From the NCBI RefSeq assembly GCF_001194135.2, contig NC_068981.1:68343640-68384687 (forward strand): DNA of 41,048 nucleotides. Reading direction: 5' to 3'. This document shows, piece by piece, positions 1 to 10,913 of the stretch. The notes beneath the pieces were generated by a model, which made no database searches, was not told the origin of the DNA, and worked only from the letters and a program-made list of their open reading frames with translations. The translations under genes and the position numbers were made by a program. Positions within the stretch are counted from its first letter, which is position 1, and every line of letters begins with the position of its first letter. The stretch comes from Octopus bimaculoides (taxonomy: Eukaryota).

Positions 1-146
1 ATATATATATATATATATATATATATAAGGAAAGAAATAAGATGAAATAGCGCAGACGATTTGTTTTACAAGACTAAAGAATATATCAAAATCAACATAG
101 TAAAAGTATTATAAATCAGAGCAAGGCCTTTCAGCATCACAACAGA

Positions 147-209
147 GGAAAAATTTGACGAAAACATAATAAACGGAAAATTTGATCAACACATAATACA
201 CGGAAAATT
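147..209. repeat. Short tandem duplication, 27-28 bp unit, about 2.3 copies
   Basis: ggaaaaatttgacgaaaacataataaac / ggaaaatttgatcaacacataatacac / ggaaaatt. Confidence 0.7.
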
Positions 210-3200
210 CGCAGTTTATTCCTTATTTGTCAATGTTGAAGACATCCTTCTGGTTTCGCGCTTTAAATATCAATACCAGTTGGTCTTGGTAGCCCCAGAG
301 CAGGTAGCAGCTGATAATACCTAACGTTGTATACAAGGACAAAAGCTAGGTCGGAAAATATAACAATTGTACGTATACAACGCAGAATAATACAATAATG
401 AAACAAATGCAACACATAAAGAACAATTATGCATATGCAATCGTCTTGTTACTCATGAAGAAAATAAGGGATTTGACACAAGCCGGATGTTAGCCTCAAT
501 ATCTATTCTTGGTTTTCTGACCTCGCTATGTATTCAATTGTTTAGAAATATTTGTCATAATACATAATTCGGTATACTCTGGATATATTAGAAAAAAATC
601 AAATATGATGATAAAAGAAAGGAGAAAATGAAGGCCGATTTCATTTAAATGACATAACGTCTACGGTTATTTTTAGACACTGCTTTTGAGTATTTCAAAT
701 AAAGTTTCTTTCGCTAACTCAAATTTTACGTATACATAATCCTGTTCTTATCGCTTTTATTTACAATATTTCGCACGTATTATGTTTATATCGAAGAATT
801 TCAACAATATATTACCCAACTACACTTTTAAGCGTACAATACTATTAGATCATATTATTCAATTCGTCTCGTACATTATTATTATGATTTATCTTTCGGT
901 TATATTCTATATTCTTTCATTGAACATATTTCTATTATTATAAATTGAATATTGAATATTGAAAATATGTCATATTTATACATTTATATATAGATATTTT
1001 TTTAAAGAATTATAATGAACGAATTGTTAGTACTTCAGAAGATTCTTTGGGAAAATCATATATCAAAGTGTTAAATTTAACAACTCAATTTTATTTTTAT
1101 GCTGTATGAAATCTTATGACGTCACTCACACTGAATCCCAGAGGAAGTAAAGACTGAACCGAATAAATTGTTTTGCTATCTCAACAATAGTGTGTATGCA
1201 GAGTTAATTCAGAATATAGAACATACAGGAACATAAATATAAACTTAACTATTCCTGTGTTGAATATTTTTATTACCCCGTATTGAATAATGATACTGTA
1301 AATGGTTGTTGGATATCTTGTATATGCACTTAGTTGCTTCACAAGTCAAATTCATTGCATATGTAACTGCTCATTTTAAGTCTTGTGATGTGCCTTTATA
1401 AGTCATACGCTCATAAAATCACGTTATAAGTGTAAGCAAATATAATGCTGTGTTGCATTGAGTAATATAAATTTTAAAACCTGTATATTTTTTTTTTACA
1501 TTATAGGCACATCACGTTGCATATTTTATACCAGATTCATTGCTGTTCAATTTTTTCAGAGTTTCTCTCACTAGTGCACGTTTGTCCAAAAGCTTCTCTT
1601 CATTTTGAAACACTAAACAATATATCTTCTTCCAGTGAAATATCCCTGAATCGACCTAGAAACCTCACACGTTATAAACTAAAACGTATAACGTTTTAGT
1701 TATACGTTTTAATTTATAACTAAAACGTATAACTTTGCCCATAACTTGTTTATAGACCAAATTTGCTGCTTAAGCGTCCATCGACCCTCATACGACTGTC
1801 TGCGGAATGGTGATGCATACAGAGACTCCAATCCCAGTCACGTTTTCGCATGATTAAGAACAACAAAGGCGTCCAGTTATTTCTGATGAAATACTCTATT
1901 CCTTACTCACCTAAGCACATCTGCTTGCTCAACTATTTTTTTTTTAACTCTTAACAATATTTTTACTATATTACTATTCCCAAATCCCATGCTTCAATTC
2001 ATCACTGTCTGAAATAACAGTGAATGATGCACATCAGGTTCACAGTTCTTTTTTCCTATATTCACCCTGTACAAATACAGAGAAATGGAAATTTCTACAG
2101 TATATGGCACTTTACAGTAAATACTTTCTCTCTGTACATTCATCGAAAACCGATGCATAGACATCCCGAGAGAAACTTGAACTTTTTTCTCATCAACAAA
2201 ACCAACAACTAATAAACCGTCTCTACATATATTCTGTCATGGGAACTTATTTCAAACCACATCTACATACACTGCAATATCTCTATCTATCTACGTTATT
2301 GCACAAGTTACATAGCTTCCATTATTAACTGCTACGGACAGTGATGGAACCTATCATCTTAGTCCTGCCCCTCTTCGTCTCACAAATAAACCCAACTCAT
2401 AAAGCTAAATTCCGGAAGTGATCTCGCATAGCTAAAGTGCAATAATTCTGACATAAAGAACATCCGCTATCTTGTGGAAAAAAATCATATACTCTTACAA
2501 ACAATTCGGTTCTAATGTTCAATTGTGAGAATGCAGAACATTAACATGTTCTGCATTTCCCACAATTGATTATAATTTTATAATCTTCCAAGAAGGAGCT
2601 GCTCCACTATCTTTGAAAATCTGCGAGCGCTCTACTTTGCAACCACAGTTTCGTTATAAGCAATACTGAAATGAAATATATCTTCACAACTGTTACCACA
2701 TTTGCATCCAATTCATATACACAAATAGTTTATCACTTCCAAATTACTATCACCCTAATCTTAAAATCACCTTCATTAATATATTCAGAATAATTGCAAA
2801 AACGCTCCTGCTTGTTTGAAACCACCAGGTAACGGTTCTAATTGTGTCACCATCCATTATACGTAATCAATATAACGGTAGTTGTTGCAATTTGTCGTCA
2901 AGCGCTTCAATTTCACTCTTTCAACAGGGATTTATATGGATCTTTGCAAACACTTTGCAGTAAGCTAGCTCCATTCTGAAGACGGACAATCATTGTAACA
3001 CTATCCTCTACTATTAGAATATTCTATACTTTATTTTGGCAGTTATTAACATTCACCATCCCGATTTTCAATATCCCTGCTAGTAAATAATCGCTTGTAT
3101 AGTAGATCTGCTACGGAATTAATCACTTATGTCACACACCAGTCAACACCCGAAATAATCACGAATACAGTGGTGCCACCATTCACACCCCAACATATTC

Positions 3201-3930
3201 CCTTTTCATCTCTTGGATCGGATTTTTCTTATCAAATCGCACTATTGCAATTTCGCAATATAATACGAAATGCAAAGGTGAACTTTCTTCATATTAACAC
3301 TCGAGTATGCATCAATCTCTAGGTTTAGTCACTAAAAGTTTCTTACACTTCATCCATTAATAGCTGGCTCACACTTCCTACAGATTCCAATACGACGCAG
3401 ATGATACTAACATTCAGCCTTGCCTTCATTTCCACATCGAAGCCTTTTCGAAATGCATGCCAAACTCTGCACGCATGTCATATAGTGATCTATGAATATC
3501 TTCAATGTTGTTATGCTCAATGTTATCCCCTTCAACGGTACAAAAACAGAATATCCAGGCTAATGCTTCTCTATTGTCCAAGAGCGCATATCTGATCACG
3601 TAACTATTGTCTAAGCACATCCATCCACTAACAGACCACCCAGACCTACTTGTCATCGATTTTAAACTTCCACCATATTCACTCTAACCAGTTACACTCC
3701 AATTTTTTTTTATGATGACAAAACCCTGTTTTTCAATCTCTTTGCGTGTCTTTTTTCTGCAGCTGTCAACTGGCATCTTTGTAAGAAATGCTTATAAAGC
3801 ATCAGTGTTACTTGTCTTGACGTGCTGCAAAACATAGATGCAGATATTTTCTACATATACTATTGAAAGATACCCAATCAATTTCGATTTACTAACGGAA
3901 ATATTGTTTCATTTGTCGTCAATCCTCTTT

Positions 3931-4036
3931 GAACGGTGTATGCACTTGTGAATGATGCATGCGCTTATTAACAGTATATGCGCATGTGAACGGTGTATGG
4001 GCTTATAAACAGTGTATGGGCTTATAAACGGTGTAT
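3931..4036. repeat. 19-bp minisatellite, about 5.6 degenerate copies
   Basis: Units gaacggtgtatgcacttgt, gaatgatgcatgcgcttat, taacagtatatgcgcatgt, gaacggtgtatgggcttat, aaacagtgtatgggcttat, aaacggtgtat. Confidence 0.85.
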
Positions 4037-4144
4037 ACGATAAAACAATATTTGTCTAACTTCTGTTTTTTGAATCATACCAGCATTCAAGCTTTACATC
4101 TTTGGCACTTACCACGAAAGTAAACTATAATTGTTGCGAAATCT

Positions 4145-4290
4145 AAAGCACACACGCATATACACGTACAAACTTACACACACATACACACACTCACACA
4201 CGCACATACGCGCGCGCGCAGACACACACAAACACTCACAAGTATATATGTATGTATTAAGCATGTATGTATGTCCGAACGTACATACAG
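4145..4290. repeat. Degenerate (CA)n/(TA)n microsatellite tract
   Basis: Alternating purine-pyrimidine runs such as cacacacatacacacactcacacacg. Confidence 0.85.
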
Positions 4291-5624
4291 AACAACAATG
4301 CAGTCGAATCTGCATAAATTTAATCTAGACTGCAAAAGAAGATTCTATAATAGCCGCAGACTCTGCTAAATGTAGCAGTTAAGTCTTCCCCTCACTCACA
4401 CATAAATACATACACGTATACACACCCACATACTCACAACCACCCATCCACCCACCAACCGACACCCACACCTCTTAAAACATTTTTTAAATGTGAAAAA
4501 TCGGAATAGCCTTGGCTAAAATGCGTTTGATAATAGGTCTGCTGGGTCAAGTTTGACGAACTGAGACTAAACTACAACAGTTATTAGCAGGGGAAAACAT
4601 TATGAAACGAGAAACAACTATCCTTTAAGCATCAATCCATCATATATAATCTGGCTAAGCAAACTACTACTTGTACTAACCACGCACGCTGCTATTTATC
4701 TATAAATCAACAAAGCTATTTGTTAACATCTACAATTTTCCCTCACGCTTCAGCAACGTCTGTATTTATTTCCAAGAGATTAAAATTGATAATTGTTCTT
4801 TGATTTTTCGCTGTTGATGATGATCAAGTTGATGGTAGTGTTGGTGGTTGTGTTAATGTTGGTAATAATAAAACTAAAAAAAAAAATAATTGTTTGACAT
4901 TTAGTGGTTTATGGCCCGATATAACTGCAAAAAGTTATCTAGATATATACATGACTTTTAACGAATCAAAATTTTCTATTTGAATATCGACCATATATTT
5001 AGATCTATGTTGGCGTCTCCTAAGTTAATTGTTTTACATTGTTTATATTCGATATTATTCTTTGATCAAACACCAACGCAATTGTTGTCTCTATCCGGTC
5101 AAATATAGCTGCTAAAATGAGATATCAGCACAGCTAACTATGCAAGATGGATGTTTGATATATTGTAAAACAAAAGAAAACATTTTAAAGTAATACACGA
5201 GACCAACATTTCTTTGGTATCACATTGACAATAGAAGTACTCCCTATTCAATTGACTTCATCCTATCACTAAAGGGACATTTTTTTCTATTTCCTAGAAA
5301 ATTAAAATTTTATAGTAAGTAAAGTATACATATTTACACCAACTGAAATATTCAAATACACAGCATTCTTCCTTTGCTGAGGTTAATGAATATTCAAGCC
5401 TTTATTATCAATTACAATCCATATGAAATACATTTCATATACACATTCACCAATTTGCGTCAGGTTAATTGGTATGGACCACATCATTAAATAAACGTAT
5501 AAAATTTATAATGCAAATGGACATTTTTTCACCGATTCTTCCTCAGTATAAATTTGAAGTTTCTATGGCATTTTATAGTGTGTACCTGACTGTATATACT
5601 TGTAGACACCAGCATAAATGCATG

Positions 5625-6190
5625 TATACAGGCATACATATATACATGCATATATAAACATATATCATATTATCTCTATATATAAATATGTATATGTATA
5701 TGAATATATGCACACATACGTGAGTGTACATATGTGTACCAAGGTACGCTTGTGTGTGTGTGTGTGTGTGTGGAGGGGTATGCGTGCAATGGGAATCCAA
5801 TGATATGTATTGACACCCTTTGAACTGGATGAAGGAAGGTGTATATTTATATGCATGCTGGATTAGATAAATATAAAAGCGAAATCTTTCTAAAATAATA
5901 CTCATTACATTTTTTATGAGAAATGCTTACATCGGAATAAGATTGTACAAAGACCATTTAAATAAAGACAAACTTACGCACACACATATATGTATGCATG
6001 TGTGTATACATAAATACCTGCATACACAAATGCATACAGGGACACATGCATGCATACATGTATGCATGCATACATACATATATAAATACATACATGCATA
6101 TATATGTATAGGTACTTTTGTGTAAGTAAGCGTGTGTGTGTGTAAGTATTTACGTTTCTATACGCATAGTATTGTGTATATGTCTGTTTC
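5625..6190. repeat. Mixed (TA)n/(TG)n/(ATAC)n microsatellite region
   Basis: Direct reading; it explains the overlapping Y/I/H/V/C-rich ORFs. Confidence 0.85.
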
Positions 6191-6856
6191 TGCATGTTTA
6201 TGAGCAACCTGGTGCGAGTGCGTGTATATTTGGTCGTCATATTCCATTGTTTGCTTGCATTTAACCTGTTTCTGTTTATCTTAGTTGTGGTTTGCGTTTC
6301 TACGCGAAAACAAGAACATCAAAGCCGTGTTAATATTTCCACAAACAAGACACTGGACATAACATATACCAGTGTAGAATTATCTCACTCATTCATAAGC
6401 AAATTGCGTTTAGGTTCTTATAATGATATTGTATCCATTGCTTTGTTTACTTTACTTCACCTAATTTCAATAGATTACTTTGAAAAGAAGAATAATGGCA
6501 TAGATTAAGCAAAGCAGCAATTAACTATCTGCCTTAATTGAACGCATTATTTTTCACTGATTATTTTATTAAAACGACTTATATTATTGAAGCCATTATC
6601 GCATAAGATTGCTGGCTATTTTAGACAATATCACCGATAACCAATAGTGAGTAACGAAAACACTAGAATATTTGTTGAACATCAATTATGTATAGTCAGC
6701 GTAATAAAAGTAGTGACAAATGTATTTACATTTACATCAATGTAAACACAAGCATCACATTCCAAGCTTAAATTTTTCTCAGTTTCGTATGCCTGTATCG
6801 ATTAGTAACATTATTCTTTTAAAATCTATTTCTATATGATTTGTCTCCTCTTTCTA

Positions 6857-7794
6857 ATATATATATATACGTATGTGTATTTATATGTGTATACACATGT
6901 ATATACACATACGCATATACACAAACACATACGTGTACATATACATATGTGGGTATGTGGTTGAGTGTGTGAGTGTGTGTGTACATGTAGGCTAATTTAT
7001 TTACACATATTAACTGATGTCATGCATTTTATTGTAAGATTCACTTTGTCATCGTTAACAGTGAAATACATTTGAGAAGTTGTTTTAAAAAATGCTGTTG
7101 CTTAACGCAAAAGCATTGAAACAAATTGTCCAAGTTGTATGGGGANNNNNNNNNNNNNNNNNNNNNNNNNNNNNNNNNNNNNNNNNNNNNNNNNNNNNNN
7201 NNNNNNNNNNNNNNNNNNNNNNNNNNNNNNNNNNNNNNNNNNNNNNNNNNNNNNNNNNNNNNNNNNNNNNNNNNNNNNNNNNNNNNNNNNNNNNNNNNNN
7301 NNNNNNNNNNNNNNNNNNNNNNNNNNNNNNNNNNNNNNNNNNNNNNNNNNNNNNNNNNNNNNNNNNNNNNNNNNNNNNNNNNNNNNNNNNNNNNNNNNNN
7401 NNNNNNNNNNNNNNNNNNNNNNNNNNNNNNNNNNNNNNNNNNNNNNNNNNNNNNNNNNNNNNNNNNNNNNNNNNNNNNNNNNNNNNNNTATATATATACG
7501 TATACATATATATATATACGTATGTGTATTTATATGTGTATACACATGTATATACACATACGCATATACACAAACACATACGTGTACATATACATATGTG
7601 GGTATGTGGTTGAGTGTGTGAGTGTGTGTGTACATGTAGGCTAATTTATTTACACATATTAACTGATGTCATGCATTTTATTGTAAGATTCACTTTGTCA
7701 TCGTTAACAGTGAAATACATTTGAGAAGTTGTTTTAAAAAATGCTGTTGCTTAACGCAAAAGCATTGAAACAAATTGTCCAAGTTGTATGGGGA
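6857..7794. repeat. Identical 289-bp direct repeat (6857-7145 and 7506-7794) on either side of an N-gap
   Basis: Same sequence from atatatatatatacgtatgtgtatt to caagttgtatgggga in both copies; the first copy ends exactly at the gap edge. Confidence 0.95.
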
Positions 7795-8169
7795 ATCCAT
7801 ATAATATTGAATATTTAGTATAGCTTTAGTTCTTTCGCGGACTTCTTAAATTGCGATAAAATGAACAAACAATATTATAGCTATTTGAAAAAATTAGATA
7901 TTTATATTCATTCTTAAAATTAGTGAGTGTTTATGGTATTATCCTAACCGAGAGTTAAGTGACCATGAACTGAAAGTTGGTTCCATACTAATAATTATGC
8001 CCAAGTTCAATCAATATATGTTTCCAAAACCTGTTGCCGAAACATACGGAAACTCATACATGAAACGTAAATAATCACCATCAAGGGATTACAAATCAGA
8101 AGGTGGAGAACCAAAACAAATACCGCAAGGCGTTCCTTCCAATGCTCTACCAGTTATAATTAAACTGTC

Positions 8170-9243
8170 GTTCCTGCCGCTACTACACATCCGCTCACTC
8201 TTAGTCCAAGTTTTGAAGAGTGCGGTTCGAGTTTAACAGTTATTTTTTCTAAGCCATAATGGAAGTGGCAAAGGAGCATATACGGCATATTTGCTTAATG
8301 AGTTCAATAAAAGCAACTGAAAATGCGAGGAATATTAATGCAGTATATGGGGAGCGGACAATATGTAGAAGCCAATGTTAACAGTGGTTCCAGAAACTAC
8401 AGCCTAGAAGACGAGTTCGTCCTGGAAAGTTTGTAGAGCTTGACGAGGACGTCTGGAAAACCATGATCGAACAAATTCCCATCGTAACCGTTGAGAAACT
8501 AGCAGAGAAGCTTGGCTTTGGTCATCCAACCATTCATCTATACCTGCGTACCATCGAAAACGTCAGCAAATTGGGCCAATGGGTTCGCCCAGTCAAACCA
8601 CGCGCGGAGTGAGTGAGTACTATTCTTTGCTGCCATATGTCACGAATGAACCATTTTGGAGACTGAATAGTGACTGTTGATGAGAAATGGGTTTTCTAGA
8701 AAAATGTCATGCGCCGAGGACCGGGTACTGAAAGGAGAAACACTTGCACCTTAGGCTAAAGAAGGTATTCACCCAAGTAAGGTGTTGTTATCTGTTTGTT
8801 GAAATATGAAAAGTTTAGTTCACTTGAGATCTAGCGCGAGCAGCTTGAGCGGCTTCATTCAGCGCTAGAAGGAAAATGATTACCTTTGGTTTCAAGACGA
8901 AAGGTGTTCTTCCATCAGGAAATTTGAATGGGAAACGATGCCCCACCCGGCATATTTTCCGGACATTGCACTATATGATTATCATTTATTCCGCATTTTT
9001 CAAAATCATTTGGATAGAAAAATGTGAATTCAATAGACTATTTCAGAACAGTACTGTAGGAGTATTTTTAGTCACGGACAATTGAATTTTGGAAGAGGAG
9101 CCTTACAACTCTACCAGAAAAATGGAAGGCAATTGTAGAAAATGAAGGAGAGTATATTTTAGATAAAAAAGAACTCTACTTATCTTAATTTTGAAAAGTA
9201 AAAGAAGTATAAACATCCGCATTATTTATGGAATGATCCAATA
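8170..9243 (+). mobile_element. Mariner (DD34D) DNA transposon remnant 1
   Basis: Decayed transposase plus right TIR-like end ccgcattatttatggaatgatccaata ending in TA at 9243; left TIR not securely located, so the start is approximate. Confidence 0.88.
8259..9167 (+). pseudogene. Mariner transposase pseudogene (frameshifts, stops, internal deletions)
   Basis: MEVAKEHIRHI, VTVEKLAEKLGFGHPTIH, KLGQWV, VTVDEKWVF (VTGDEKW), WETMPHPAYFPDIALYDYHLF (YSPDxAPSD), ENEGEYILD. Confidence 0.9.
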
Positions 9244-9267
9244 TATATGTGTATATATTTATATATG

Positions 9268-10283
9268 TATCAGATCATGAAAAATTAAATGTCCGATTTT
9301 CCTATGCACCAGTTTGACAGTAATTAACACTAATGTTTTATCTTGACAATCCTTTGTTTCCGAAATGCAATTCATGATGTCTGATTATTTTGAAAAAATT
9401 TCTCTTGTACATCATTTTTTATGAACCTATGCATAGATAAGAAATTCGTGTTTTTATGTTTATGAGTTCCGTCGTGGAACGAATGCACCTCAGAGAGCTT
9501 GAAACATCAGTGAGTTGTCTGGTGAAGATGAGCGGATGAGCGCAATGTAGGCCGACGGTTTGAAAATTTCCCTTCTGGTGAATTTACTCTTGAAAACATG
9601 GTAGGTCTTATACAAAGGTGGGTTATATCTCAAACTACGCGTGAGTTAGCTTGAAGGTTTGATATTTCGATTCCAACAGTATTAGACCATCAGAAACAAA
9701 TCGACAAGTTAATGAAGCTGGACAAATGGGTACCACACGACCTGAACGAGCATCAACAGACTCGTCGTCTTGAAACTAGATGTTCATTCCTGTCACGGCA
9801 TAAAAGAATTACGACCAAGAAAAAAGCTAATAGTGTCTGTTTGGTGGTCTAGCACTGCTGTCATCCACTACAACTTCATGACACCTGGTCAACCAAAGCT
9901 GATCTATACATCAACAAATTGGATGAAATGGTGAGTGAACTTGCAAACAACCGAGACTGGTCAATCGAGAAAGGCCAACTCAATTGTAAGCCAATGTTCG
10001 GCCACATGTAGCACAAAGAAAGCTATTTATGTTACAAGGACTAAACTTTTGGAAGGAAACATTTTCAAATATGAAGAAACTGCAAAAACGGCATTTCGTG
10101 ATTTCATCATCTCTTCGTCTCCAGAATTCTTCGCTCACGGCATAAATAAGCGACCGATAAAATTGCAAAATTGTTCTGATAATTTGGGGTGCATACTTTG
10201 ATTAACTGCATTGCTTTTTCTAGAGATAAAAGAAAATAAACTATCAGTTCAAAATAAGACATTACATTTTTAACGACCTGCTA
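9268..10283 (+). mobile_element. Mariner DNA transposon remnant 2 (Hsmar1/cecropia-like), both TIRs present
   Basis: Left end tatcagatcatgaaaaattaaatgtccgatttt (9268-9300) versus reverse complement of right end tagcaggtcgttaaaaatgtaatgtcttatttt: 25 of 33 identical including terminal TA. Confidence 0.92.
9433..10205 (+). pseudogene. Mariner transposase pseudogene with internal deletions
   Basis: YEFRRGTNA, QTTRELA, KLDKWVPHDLNEHQ (WVPHEL), SVWWSS, ANVRPHVA (DNARPH), AFRDFIISSSPEFFAHGINK, YFD-stop. Confidence 0.9.
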
Positions 10284-10370
10284 TGTATGTATGTATGTAT
10301 GTATGTATGTATGCATGCATGTATGTATGTATGCATGTATGTATGTATGCATGTATGTATATATGTATGT
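10283..10370. repeat. (ATGT)n tetranucleotide microsatellite starting at the mariner terminal TA
   Basis: tatgtatgtatgtatg run. Confidence 0.9.
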
Positions 10371-10459
10371 CATTGTTGCATATTTGCATATACCCCGGCC
10401 ACTGTTTTGGTAATTCACTGAGTTACCACAAGCATGCGTTTTCATTAATTATGAATTCT

Positions 10460-10595
10460 AAGCCGCCAACCTAGCAGAACAGTTATAGCGCTGAAGAAAA
10501 ATGCTTTGTGGCTCGATGAAATAAGTACCAATCGGACCCTATGGTCGATGTAATCTACTAGCCCTCTCAACCGAAATTTCAGACCTTGTACTTAT
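10460..10595 (+). mobile_element. SINE family A, internally deleted copy
   Basis: Shares gaaatgct, gatgaaataagtacc, ggtcgatgtaatc and gaaattt..gaccttgt segments with the copy at 29791. Confidence 0.7.
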
Positions 10596-10612
10596 AAAAA
10601 TGATCACTTACT

Positions 10613-10614
<2 letters not shown>

Positions 10615-10675
<61 letters not shown>
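10615..10675. repeat. (CT)n(AT)n compound microsatellite at a gap edge
   Basis: Direct reading. Confidence 0.9.
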
Positions 10676-10866
10676 NNNNNNNNNNNNNNNNNNNNNNNNN
10701 NNNNNNNNNNNNNNNNNNNNNNNNNNNNNNNNNNNNNNNNNNNNNNNNNNNNNNNNNNNNNNNNNNNNNNNNNNNNNNNNNNNGTCTGTTTCTCTATATA
10801 ATAAAGGAATTTAATATGCAAAATACTACCTGAACTACATAAACTTCATAATGTTTTAGACATACA

Positions 10867-10913
<47 letters not shown>

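Noticed and set aside
1883-1889. CTGATGA here and at 25949 and 37805 as hammerhead cores
   Set aside because: No properly placed stem II plus GAAA and no closing stem I.
3931-4036. Repeat array as CRISPR-like
   Set aside because: Units are contiguous with no unique spacers, and the context is eukaryotic.
7787-7815. tatggggaatccatataatattg as the left TIR of mariner 1
   Set aside because: Only loose similarity to the right TIR, and it implies an unusually long 5' region; left unassigned.
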